This document shows, in pieces, positions 20,001 to 28,466 of a stretch of DNA of 64,000 nucleotides; position 1 is the stretch's first letter; each line of letters opens with the position of its first letter. Origin of the DNA: Chitinophagales bacterium (GTDB lineage: Bacteria > Bacteroidota > Bacteroidia > Chitinophagales > JADIYW01); assembly GCA_046329775.1 (NCBI GenBank), contig JAXLTX010000003.1, positions 507,153 to 571,152 of the forward strand, in the 5' to 3' direction. The notes beneath the pieces are model-generated. The model saw only the letters and a list, made by a program, of their open reading frames with translations, was not told the origin of the DNA and searched no databases. The position numbers and the translations under genes are program-made.

Positions 20001-23000
20001 TAGTTCTGCTCAGCACACCTGTTGTTCCGTTAGATGGAATTGACAATGTTTCTGCATTACAGATCAAATCATTGGAAGGCCCCGGATTTCCTGAACCATC
20101 ATCTGTTACCGTGACGATGAAATCTGCCTGATCCAAGGTAAACGGCGTGTTGTCATTGCCATCCACCTGGATATAATATTTCTGATTGGGCAACAAACAA
20201 GTGAAGGTTCCTGTAGTGGATGAAACTCCAGTATAAGATGGTCCTTCTTGAATGATACTTGCTGTCGGTGCATTGGTTACGCGATAGGTTGGAGAGAATC
20301 CATTATTGTAATACAATCTGAAATTAGGGCTGAACGTGCCTGAGATGCCCGGATCGTCTTCCACTCTTACCGAAATATTACCCGGTTTGTTAGGTGTGGT
20401 AAAATAATACCAAACGGTCTCATCTTCTGCACCAAAGGCAGCGGTATGGTCGGTGGTATTACTTCCGCAATAATCTCCGATTTCGCCACTCTCACAGGTG
20501 GCACATCTGTTATGCCCTTTAACGGTAAGTGAACCACCGGCAGTCAATTGTCCGTCTAGTGGTGCCACATCATCCACCGGAAGTGCGTTGGCTAAATTAT
20601 CATTGATGGCCCTTCCTGTTCCTGCGCCCAGGTCTTTCACTGTAATATTATAATAGTAATTATCCGTAAAGCCGGGGAATGTAAATCCAAACAAACTCAC
20701 ATCAGCACCGTCAACCTGAATGTAATAGGTTGTATTCGGAGACACGCATGGCAATGTAACTTTTGCAGTAAAATCTGTCACACCGCCTAAGATGGTAGCA
20801 AATCCCATATCTGAATCCAGTGATGCCAGATTAGCAAACGGCGTTGTGGAGCAGTTGTTTCCGTTTGGCACATATTTATAAACCGCAAGTGATGGGACAG
20901 AAAAGAAACCACCTATACCCAATAAGGAAGTAACCTCCACTTCGACCGCTCCCGGAGTTGGTCCTGTGGTAAATTTATGCCACATCGTCTCGTCGTATTC
21001 CGGCTCATTCTGCACGGCGCTCTGTGTGGTATTGGGTTCTCCTATTTCCTGAGTTGCACAGATATTATTTTGGTTATTCAGTGTGAGCGTACTTCCACTG
21101 GTCAGGTTTCCTGAACCCACATTGGTGGCACCGCAAATATCATCATTCGTCTGGAAGTTGATGCCGACGCTGCTTTCTGAGATGGAAACGGTGAAGTCAC
21201 CCTGGTCAGAACCGAACAGTGGACAGGTACTGGATCCCAGGATTCTGAGGAAGTAGGTTTTATTCGGCTTCGGACAGGTAATCTTGATTTCTTCTTCTCG
21301 TGGTTTGAGAATATCAAATACCTTCCCCTCTCCGATTCTCACCAGATTGTTAAATTGAGTGTTTGTAGCAGCCTGAGTATTACAGGAGGCTGTTGTAAAT
21401 GAACCATTATATTCATACAAGTCCATGTCAGGATCAAAGCATATTCCGGATGGATTTGTCACTCGTATGGTTATATCTCCCGGGCCAAAAGGACCAATAC
21501 TTGGACCTGTATTAAACTGATACCATACCGTCGGGTCACTTCCTTCATCAAACGGATTCAAATCCCATCCGTTCGCTTCCGGTTCATTCTGTTCGGCAGT
21601 GGCACATCTGTTGTTATGATTGAAGACAATCGTTTCATTCAAACCTAAATAGGTATTTGCATTAAGCGGGTTATACGCACCTCCGGCATTGGCAACCGGA
21701 TGCGCCTGACAGAACATATCATTTCCACCTGGTCTTGTCGTAGCCGGTGAGGAATAAACGACATTGCTCGCGTAAGTAGGATCTGCAGGAAGATGGGTGA
21801 TTTTCAATTTAAACTGACCTGTTTCACAATCTGACCCTACAAATGCAGGACCGCACAAACTGGCATTTCTTGTACCATCTACCTGTACCCAATAGGTCCT
21901 GTTGGGCACCAGACAGGAAACAGTGATTTCTTCATCCTGAGTATTGGCAATACCGAATACGGCAGGATCATAATCATCATCGAATTTGAATCCGCCTGTC
22001 TGAATATCGGCACAATTTTGACTAGGTATATCAAAAATAGCTATGCCTAAATCTATAGGGTCGACAGAACCGTCATTCAGCGCTTCAATTTTCACTTTAC
22101 CTGATGCGGGTGCCTGAAACTTAAACCATAAGGTATGTTCAACATTAAAATCAAATACCATGCCTGAAATGTTGTGTGCCACTTTTCCGCTACCCTCATA
22201 GGATTGGTCTACTGTTGCACACTCATTGTTAAATGGTATTGGTGTAGTGTAAGACGCATTCAATGCCAATGAATTCACTCCTGTCATATTATAGGCATTA
22301 CAGATGGAATCATTGGTAGAAGCAGGAATCCCGTTCAGTTCCTGTACGGAAATCCTGAAATCCCCTTCAACGTCTTCCACATCTGCACCACATACATAAC
22401 CGGCATCTCCGTCTATCATGATGTAATAGGTCTGTCCCGGAACTAAACATCGTCCAACATAATACTCATCATATCCGCAAGTGCCTGTACAAGGAACACA
22501 TAGGCCTGTATAATCATCATCATTCAGTGGGTCCGTTTCCACCAGACCTCCGTCAAATCCATTGCCATTGCCCACTTCCACCAGTCTGTACTTATCAAAA
22601 CAATTCGGTGTTTGATACAATGCCAGTTGCAAGTTTATATTCTCATGGTAATCCGCATCTCCCTTAATCTGCGAGATATTCTCAGCACGAATCTGCACCT
22701 TGCCACTCGGAGGAGCGACAAATCTTGCCCAGACGGTCTTATCTGTGGAGGAATTGTTTGCAGCCCATTGTGCAGGAATCGGATCATTGATGGAAGTTGC
22801 GCAACGATTCGTCATCCTAGTCCAGTTCAAAGAGCCATAAGATGTAGAGGATGCATTCATTGGCAGACTCTGTGCAAAACATGGTTCGTCGTGTTTCAGA
22901 TTTGCATTTGGTACTCCTAGTGATGTGTAAGGGGTCCCTACATCCGCAGGAGATGCTGCATTGTACAATCCCAGTCCTGCATCTGCCACCTGAATTTTAA

Positions 23001-25881
23001 AATATCCCATCACACAGTCTCCCGCATCAAACAAGTCACAACCCAAATAGCTTCCTCCGTCAATCTGGAGGTAATAATATTTATTGGGATCGAGACAGGT
23101 TGCTATCAGACTGTTTCCTTCATTACATACAACGCTGTTTCCGCAAGTATTATAAATGTCATAATAAGAAGTGGTGATAACCCCTGCTTCGGTTGCTTCC
23201 TGTATTCCATGATCCTGCGCAACAATTGGTGTCCACAGAAAACGAGGATCGGAACAATGTGCATTGGTACCGTCACCCAGAATTGGTTCCCATATAGCCG
23301 CCTGAATATCCAAATCATCATCTATGCTTGGAGAGCCTGATGGTGCTGACTGTGCCGTTATTCGTACGGAGCCCGATGCAGGCGGTCTGAATCTGAACCA
23401 GACATCCGCATCCAGAGATTGTGTAAAATCAGATCTCCAGGGCAAATCAGGCGTTGCACAGAAATTATCATAGATTACTCCATTATTTATCTGCCCTCCA
23501 TTGGGAACCGTACCCAGATTAATGGCACCACAGATGGTATCATTGATTGGTGCGCCACCCAGCGTTGGAGCGGTGGTCACCTTGTAGGATCCATTGTCAA
23601 AAGACCATTGTCCTTCATAACAGATGGAAATGGCACCGGCATCCTCTACCTGAACATAGTAGGTGGTATTTGGTTCAGGGCATTTCAAACGGAACATATC
23701 CTGATAGCAAGGAGCACCAAAACCGAGTCCGGTTGTGGCGTCACATAAATCGCCCGGTATGTTCATTTCATTGCCGGCAACTAAATTGCCACCTACAGGG
23801 CAGGCATACGATGTTACATTTTTATAGAATGTTACTTTAGACTGAAATCCCAATCCCAGACAAACAGAACCTCTGTTTGCATTACTCAAGGTATTGTCAT
23901 CTTCATACCAGTAAATCCAATCCGGTGGAATATTACTGCCCGTGGTGAATTTGTACCACACCGTTGCTGTATGTGTACCGCCTGTACCTGGTCCACCCGG
24001 CGTAGCGCTTGGTTCTCCGGCTTCGGCAGATGTACACTTATTGGTATGTGGTAATCCGAAGAATTTGGCGGTGCCGAATTTTGAGGCAGGTCCGTTATTC
24101 GCCCAGTTTACACCTGTTGTAACGCCGTTTTGTAATCCATTCGTGGTGATATATCCTAAGTCTACCGCTTCGCAAATCATATCTGAAGGGCGGAACTGAT
24201 CTTTCACTACTTTAATATTGAAGTCTACCCTATCCGTCACACCAACCGGATCAACCTGAATGTAATAATTGGTATTCGCTTTCAAACAAAGTCTCTTAAC
24301 CTCTGCATTACCGCCATTGAAGATATTGAGAGGGTCAATTTCGTCTCTGTCTATATAAGACAGATTTGCGTAATCACCATTACTGTTCGGACAGGTTCTC
24401 ACGGTAGCTGCATTTGTTTCTTCGTACACATACACCGAAGGATACGTTAGCGTTCCTGAAGAACCCAAGCGTTCAACCAGTACCTTATAGGTATGCGCCA
24501 GCTGGGCCAATGCCGGTGCGGATGGATAATCTGCTGCGGGTGTGCGGAAACGATACCAGACACTTTTATTCAGAGAAGATAGGATGGAAGTATTGTCAGG
24601 TTCCCCGATAGATTTGCTTTGAGATGCGCAATCTGTAGACTGGTTAAAAATGGCAAGGTCATAATCCGTATTATCCCATGCAGTAGCCGAACCGGTGGAA
24701 GTTCGGGGGTCATAAGAACTGTTTAAGATTCCCATATATCCGTCTATGCCAATCGTGGAAGAATTGGCCGGCTGGCAAATATAGTCCGGACCGGCGCTGA
24801 CACCGTTATCCTGAACAGTAATATTAAACCTTCCCATATCGCAAGTGGATATACCCTGCGTCTCCACCTGAATATAATAGGTTTGGTTGGCTTTTGGACA
24901 GCTGATGTCGATAAGGCTGTTATCTGTTCCGAGAGAACCGACTGAACCGACCTGACTTAATTGTGAAAAAGGGTTTGTTGAATAGGTAAACGGACAGCCT
25001 GCCAAAGAGGAAGGTCCTTCATAGACTCTTGTCCATCCAAATACCGTATTGCCACCGAGACACAAGGCTCCGCCGGAACCAGAACCTCCTATCGCATCCA
25101 CATCTACGGTGATGGCGGTTCCGGGATTCGGACCGGTCGTATATTTCAACCAAACGGTTTCATCGTTGGAGTCATTGTTGGGTTCATTTGAGGCGCAAAT
25201 ATCTTCTGCCGAATACCCTATATTGGTAAAATTATTTCTGGTCCTGGTACCGCCCAATCCCAATATACCCAAATCATATGCACCGCAGAGGTAATCATCG
25301 GAAGCTTGTGATTTGAAGTTACCGCTCACCTCCCACTGATATGTCACCGTGATGGTTCCGGCACAATTTGGAGTTCCGTTAAAATTCCTGTTGTAATTAC
25401 AGGTGGATGTAAACGGCCCATAGACCCCAATGGCTGAGGATGGAAATGCGCTGTTGACATTAACGGTGCAGGCGATATCACTGACAACATTTCCAAAACC
25501 TCCACCAATACAAAGATCCGCACAATCCTGGTCCCATCCTTCCACATTAAAATCGACCGTACCGTTCCACTGGCAGGCGAAATCATAATTCTGATCAAAC
25601 ACCACAAAGGACGGTGATACAGAATTGCTGTTGTTATCGTCGCTCAAATCATAGCAATCTTCATTCACGTCCGTGCCACCGTCATCGATATCAAACACCC
25701 AGTCAATTCGGTTATCTGACGTTCCGAGGCAATTGGCATCACAATCCGTACCTGACGATGTATTGGCCGCAATGCTGATAACCCTCAGTTTCAGGTTTTT
25801 TTGTCCGAATGCGTTATTGGACATGGCCAGCAATGACAACACCAATATTACAGAACTAAGTTTTAGGTATATAGTTTTCAT
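17035..25881 (-). CDS. Giant T9SS type A cargo protein (2948 aa) with 13-14 Cys-containing repeats; putative adhesin
   Basis: Sec signal (…NAFGQ); repeats NDxICxA...NxCATxExGEP...TVWYxF...CLxPxxxYYIQVDG; VLPVELTTFTG...VYPNPT...KFVKE CTD. Confidence 0.88.
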   Translation of the reverse strand: MKTIYLKLSSVILVLSLLAMSNNAFGQKNLKLRVISIAANTSSGTDCDANCLGTSDNRIDWVFDIDDGGTDVNEDCYDLSDDNNSNSVSPSFVVFDQNYDFACQWNGTVDFNVEGWDQDCADLCIGGGFGNVVSDIACTVNVNSAFPSSAIGVYGPFTSTCNYNRNFNGTPNCAGTITVTYQWEVSGNFKSQASDDYLCGAYDLGILGLGGTRTRNNFTNIGYSAEDICASNEPNNDSNDETVWLKYTTGPNPGTAITVDVDAIGGSGSGGALCLGGNTVFGWTRVYEGPSSLAGCPFTYSTNPFSQLSQVGSVGSLGTDNSLIDISCPKANQTYYIQVETQGISTCDMGRFNITVQDNGVSAGPDYICQPANSSTIGIDGYMGILNSSYDPRTSTGSATAWDNTDYDLAIFNQSTDCASQSKSIGEPDNTSILSSLNKSVWYRFRTPAADYPSAPALAQLAHTYKVLVERLGSSGTLTYPSVYVYEETNAATVRTCPNSNGDYANLSYIDRDEIDPLNIFNGGNAEVKRLCLKANTNYYIQVDPVGVTDRVDFNIKVVKDQFRPSDMICEAVDLGYITTNGLQNGVTTGVNWANNGPASKFGTAKFFGLPHTNKCTSAEAGEPSATPGGPGTGGTHTATVWYKFTTGSNIPPDWIYWYEDDNTLSNANRGSVCLGLGFQSKVTFYKNVTSYACPVGGNLVAGNEMNIPGDLCDATTGLGFGAPCYQDMFRLKCPEPNTTYYVQVEDAGAISICYEGQWSFDNGSYKVTTAPTLGGAPINDTICGAINLGTVPNGGQINNGVIYDNFCATPDLPWRSDFTQSLDADVWFRFRPPASGSVRITAQSAPSGSPSIDDDLDIQAAIWEPILGDGTNAHCSDPRFLWTPIVAQDHGIQEATEAGVITTSYYDIYNTCGNSVVCNEGNSLIATCLDPNKYYYLQIDGGSYLGCDLFDAGDCVMGYFKIQVADAGLGLYNAASPADVGTPYTSLGVPNANLKHDEPCFAQSLPMNASSTSYGSLNWTRMTNRCATSINDPIPAQWAANNSSTDKTVWARFVAPPSGKVQIRAENISQIKGDADYHENINLQLALYQTPNCFDKYRLVEVGNGNGFDGGLVETDPLNDDDYTGLCVPCTGTCGYDEYYVGRCLVPGQTYYIMIDGDAGYVCGADVEDVEGDFRISVQELNGIPASTNDSICNAYNMTGVNSLALNASYTTPIPFNNECATVDQSYEGSGKVAHNISGMVFDFNVEHTLWFKFQAPASGKVKIEALNDGSVDPIDLGIAIFDIPSQNCADIQTGGFKFDDDYDPAVFGIANTQDEEITVSCLVPNRTYWVQVDGTRNASLCGPAFVGSDCETGQFKLKITHLPADPTYASNVVYSSPATTRPGGNDMFCQAHPVANAGGAYNPLNANTYLGLNETIVFNHNNRCATAEQNEPEANGWDLNPFDEGSDPTVWYQFNTGPSIGPFGPGDITIRVTNPSGICFDPDMDLYEYNGSFTTASCNTQAATNTQFNNLVRIGEGKVFDILKPREEEIKITCPKPNKTYFLRILGSSTCPLFGSDQGDFTVSISESSVGINFQTNDDICGATNVGSGNLTSGSTLTLNNQNNICATQEIGEPNTTQSAVQNEPEYDETMWHKFTTGPTPGAVEVEVTSLLGIGGFFSVPSLAVYKYVPNGNNCSTTPFANLASLDSDMGFATILGGVTDFTAKVTLPCVSPNTTYYIQVDGADVSLFGFTFPGFTDNYYYNITVKDLGAGTGRAINDNLANALPVDDVAPLDGQLTAGGSLTVKGHNRCATCESGEIGDYCGSNTTDHTAAFGAEDETVWYYFTTPNKPGNISVRVEDDPGISGTFSPNFRLYYNNGFSPTYRVTNAPTASIIQEGPSYTGVSSTTGTFTCLLPNQKYYIQVDGNDNTPFTLDQADFIVTVTDDGSGNPGPSNDLICNAETLSIPSNGTTGVLSRTNRCSWEETGEPNTSGNIGGSGDDVTSNNYDETVWFSFVPPTDGDVTMLLEPINGMNGGINYVLYQMPNTSAISCSGTPADLPNWSQLTELASGTGLALNTIGTTDQVVETWPCLLAGKRYYIQVDGNDWPATAEVGNFNIQLTHVSKATPVNDNICGIGAIPNNGNFGTFTTSATVTATNQDNRCATQEVGEPAVNGPYNDITDAGYDHTLWYRFVASNSDGSYAVSITNVGGDQINGYIGVYRQDATVCSGATPTFGSLTLVSETPVVNSATNNETLNLECWEIEEGRTYYIQVQGFDGVFGGDVGDNFNVSVSFASGSTNPADNICTAPSVTVGAGNTAADNRCATTQSGEPNISPVPQSPANGSNYDETLWYTFVAPSSGEVRVNTSSYSPGTLTLNADLYSVPAGYNCGVSGFGGLTREDNTTTLTSISSTWDLRCLIPGNTYYLRFDGNDGVLGIPPDRGTWNFNISNLDNSTSYPSVVNDEPCGAIDVTQFIRTTPCTADGQYYTNNYSVLDAAVDIDRATRSVQALGCNGENNCNDYWFKFTVPLDATGIRIQGNDEYPAPYLVNNSHQNIGVYRATGGCGGTLQRINCGDGGVFGDVDYTLAAFPGETLYLQVFNENAPTSPSNTGFGFCISVDCPAKTACTANNLIYGQAQCWNMNTNGTNLQPQYYDCLPGSNNSVNYFSFSTNCDGTPVDTVTVVFSVTEIGCGTTAMSMFVDNTPCVAPFGQYDDILINCAVFEEVLGGTTSTNFSSTFILPGCTSYVMQIISDENTAGCAAAGQVVVLQTVLNPTQVLPVELTTFTGYNNGSINVLNWTTASELNSLRFEVEKSLDAINFEYIGERPAAGNSSTPRSYTLNDLHPVLGNNYYRLKMIDRDGQYKYSEIIIIKVTEINASADGIVAVYPNPTNDKVNIVYQAGANQKVNLDIYNAIGQNMFSNDYSFNAGLNTIVVEAAEYAKGMYVINLQNVSGGTKYQSKFVKE

Positions 25882-25890
25882 AGTTTATTT

Positions 25891-26430
25891 TTAGTGCGTG
25901 GTTCCCTGTACAGGGACAGCCTCATTGGAAATTTTGTTACGTTTTGCCTGTTCACTCATGTACTCTTCATAAGAAGTCTGGCTCTTACTCTTTAGAAAAT
26001 CTGCCGGCGGCATAGATTCAAAATAATGGAATGCGATTCTGGCCGCCGCTTCAAAAGATGCAACATCAAAATCTGCCGTCGTAAGCAACATGAAAGCATC
26101 CCATTCTTTCATGGAAACCTTGTATACGGAAGCATCCCCTTCCAATGCTTTAAATAACTTGGCCATGGCTGCAGGGGAGTCCCCGAAATTGAACCGATAG
26201 GCATGTAGGTTGTAATAGGTCACATCATTCTTACCCAATGCCTTATTCAGGTCATGGGTTCTCTGTGTCTTCTGATTGCAATTACACGGGATACCGTCAT
26301 CAAAATTTATACTCTGATAATACCCGCTCTTTAGCTCTTCCGCTTTCGACTGAGCGGCAAATTCCTGCGCCTGGGAATTGAGATATAAAGACACCAATAG
26401 CACAAAACATAATTGTATATTTTTTTTCAT
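25891..26430 (-). CDS. Hypothetical secreted protein, first gene of the T9SS operon
   Basis: Sec signal (…NSQAQE); stop 9 bp from the giant gene start; CNC motif. Confidence 0.7.
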   Translation of the reverse strand: MKKNIQLCFVLLVSLYLNSQAQEFAAQSKAEELKSGYYQSINFDDGIPCNCNQKTQRTHDLNKALGKNDVTYYNLHAYRFNFGDSPAAMAKLFKALEGDASVYKVSMKEWDAFMLLTTADFDVASFEAAARIAFHYFESMPPADFLKSKSQTSYEEYMSEQAKRNKISNEAVPVQGTTH

Positions 26431-26554
26431 AATTTTTATTATTTCGGAGAATAGATAAAGTTATTTAAAAATTCTGATTTATTGTGTTAAATTTCAACTG
26501 AATAAGCAGACAAATCAACATAATAACAAAAGAAGAAAAGTAGCCGAAAAAGAA

Positions 26555-28459
26555 ATGAAGAAATCAGACCATTTGCCAAAAACATTTCAATCTACAGGGG
26601 CCATCTGCATTCTGTTCCTGGTTCTAACACTGCTAATCTACGGCCAAACCATATTATATGATTTTTCATTAGATGATTTTCTCGTAAAGGATGATATTCC
26701 GGGCAGAAGGGAAGGCATAGATGGTATCCTTCACCTCTTTGCTTCCCATTATAATCAGACGGATTACAGGCCTGTCGTATTGCTGAGTTTTGCATTGGAA
26801 AAATGGATTACGGGGGGAATTCATCCGGCGGTCTCTCACGTCGTCAATCTGCTACTTTACTGGCTGAGTATCGTGTGCGTATACAAGACCATCTCCCTTT
26901 TCCTGAAAACGGAAGAGCATCGGCTGAGCCTGCTGGTTGCAGTCCTCATTTTTCTGGCTCATCCGGTTCATGCGGAAGTGATTGCCAACCTGAAGAGCAG
27001 GGATAACTTGCTAAGTTTTCTTTTCACCGTATTGTCCGGCAATTTTTTGCTCCGACATATTTACCACCAGAAGAGTTTAAAGCATCTATTTGCTGGTGTG
27101 CTGTTATTTCTGCTGGCCTTGTATTCCAAACTGGACAGTGCGGGGCTGATCCTGTTCATTCCAATGCTGATGGTTGTTTCAGATCCCAAATCCATAAAAC
27201 AATCAGTGGGCTATTTCATCGGGCTGTTTCTGATGGTCGTGCTGCTTCGTCTCTTGCTCGTTGACATATTGCTTCCCGTTGACATGTCATTGGTTTCCAA
27301 CAAGGGGACCACTTTTACGGAAAACCCCATCAGCCAAGATTTCACCATCCCAAAAGGAATTGCCGCAGCGGCACTGACATTCTGGTATTATATCAAGATG
27401 CTGCTGCTTCCCATCGGGTACAGGTACTACTACGGATTCGATGAAATAAGATTATACAACATCAATACATGGCAAAGTATCCTTGCATTATTTTCCACCA
27501 TCATCCTATTGCTTATCACATTAAAATACTTTAGAAAAGAGAAGATACCGCTCATCTCCCTGATGGGCTTTATTGTCTTTATCTTATACGCCCTGAACAT
27601 CATCACCCCCGTTGCCGGCATCATTGCCGACAGATATGTGTTCATCAGTTCATTCTTCTTTTGTGGCTTTATTGCTTATCTTCTACACACACTAATTAAA
27701 GACGGGAAAACATACGTGCTGATATCCGGATCAATAATCCTGTTTCTTATGCTGATCAGCTTTTACAGAACCACCGCCTGGAAAGACCAGCTAACCCTGA
27801 TAGAAAGGGATGCTCCATATTTGCAGAAATCATACGAAGCCATGCGCATCGCCGCCTCCACCTACATTGAATACGCAGACAAGGAGACAGACCTGAGTAA
27901 AAGAGATGAATTACTTGAAAAGGCCATAAAATGCGCTGAATATGGCAATACCGTTTACAATGAGAACGTTTTATTGCACAAATTAGAGGCCACCGCCTAT
28001 TTCAAAAAAAACAAACTCGACGATGCGAGAAAGGCTTTTTCCGAAGCTTTAAAAAATGACAGCACAGACTTTGAATCCTATAATTTCCTTGGTGACATAT
28101 ACTATCTGGATAACAATCTGGATAAAGCCTATGATGCCTACCTGAAAGCATTTTCTCTCAACAATAAGGATGCGACCCTGATTACCAATATTTCGAGCGT
28201 ACTGTACGAGAAAGGCAATAAGGCGGAATGTCTGACATTCAATAAAAATCTGCTTTCTGAAAATGACTCCACTTTTGCTGCATGGGAAAACCTCGGATAT
28301 TTCTACCTTCTGGAAAAAGACACCATGCAGGCCGTGTCATATTTTGAACGCGGATACCAATATGGCTTACAAAATCCTGAGATGGCGGGAATAATGAGCA
28401 ATTATCTGCTTCGAAATAGACAGAAAGAAAAGGCTGTCTTCTTCAACAGGTACAGATGA
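26555..28459 (+). CDS. TMTC-like (GT-C fold) membrane glycosyltransferase with C-terminal TPRs
   Basis: FSLDD, YRPVVLLSFALE, HPVHAEVIANLKSRDNLL, ADRYVF, RTTAWKD match TMTC/O-mannosyltransferase motifs; about 11 TM segments, then TPR helices. Confidence 0.8.
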   Translation: MKKSDHLPKTFQSTGAICILFLVLTLLIYGQTILYDFSLDDFLVKDDIPGRREGIDGILHLFASHYNQTDYRPVVLLSFALEKWITGGIHPAVSHVVNLLLYWLSIVCVYKTISLFLKTEEHRLSLLVAVLIFLAHPVHAEVIANLKSRDNLLSFLFTVLSGNFLLRHIYHQKSLKHLFAGVLLFLLALYSKLDSAGLILFIPMLMVVSDPKSIKQSVGYFIGLFLMVVLLRLLLVDILLPVDMSLVSNKGTTFTENPISQDFTIPKGIAAAALTFWYYIKMLLLPIGYRYYYGFDEIRLYNINTWQSILALFSTIILLLITLKYFRKEKIPLISLMGFIVFILYALNIITPVAGIIADRYVFISSFFFCGFIAYLLHTLIKDGKTYVLISGSIILFLMLISFYRTTAWKDQLTLIERDAPYLQKSYEAMRIAASTYIEYADKETDLSKRDELLEKAIKCAEYGNTVYNENVLLHKLEATAYFKKNKLDDARKAFSEALKNDSTDFESYNFLGDIYYLDNNLDKAYDAYLKAFSLNNKDATLITNISSVLYEKGNKAECLTFNKNLLSENDSTFAAWENLGYFYLLEKDTMQAVSYFERGYQYGLQNPEMAGIMSNYLLRNRQKEKAVFFNRYR

Positions 28460-28466
28460 GAATGGT

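Noticed and set aside
6888-25881. CRISPR array, DGR or nucleotide-level tandem repeats within the giant genes
   Set aside because: Repeats exist only at the protein-motif level and are highly diverged in DNA; no repeat-spacer pattern, reverse transcriptase or TR/VR pair.
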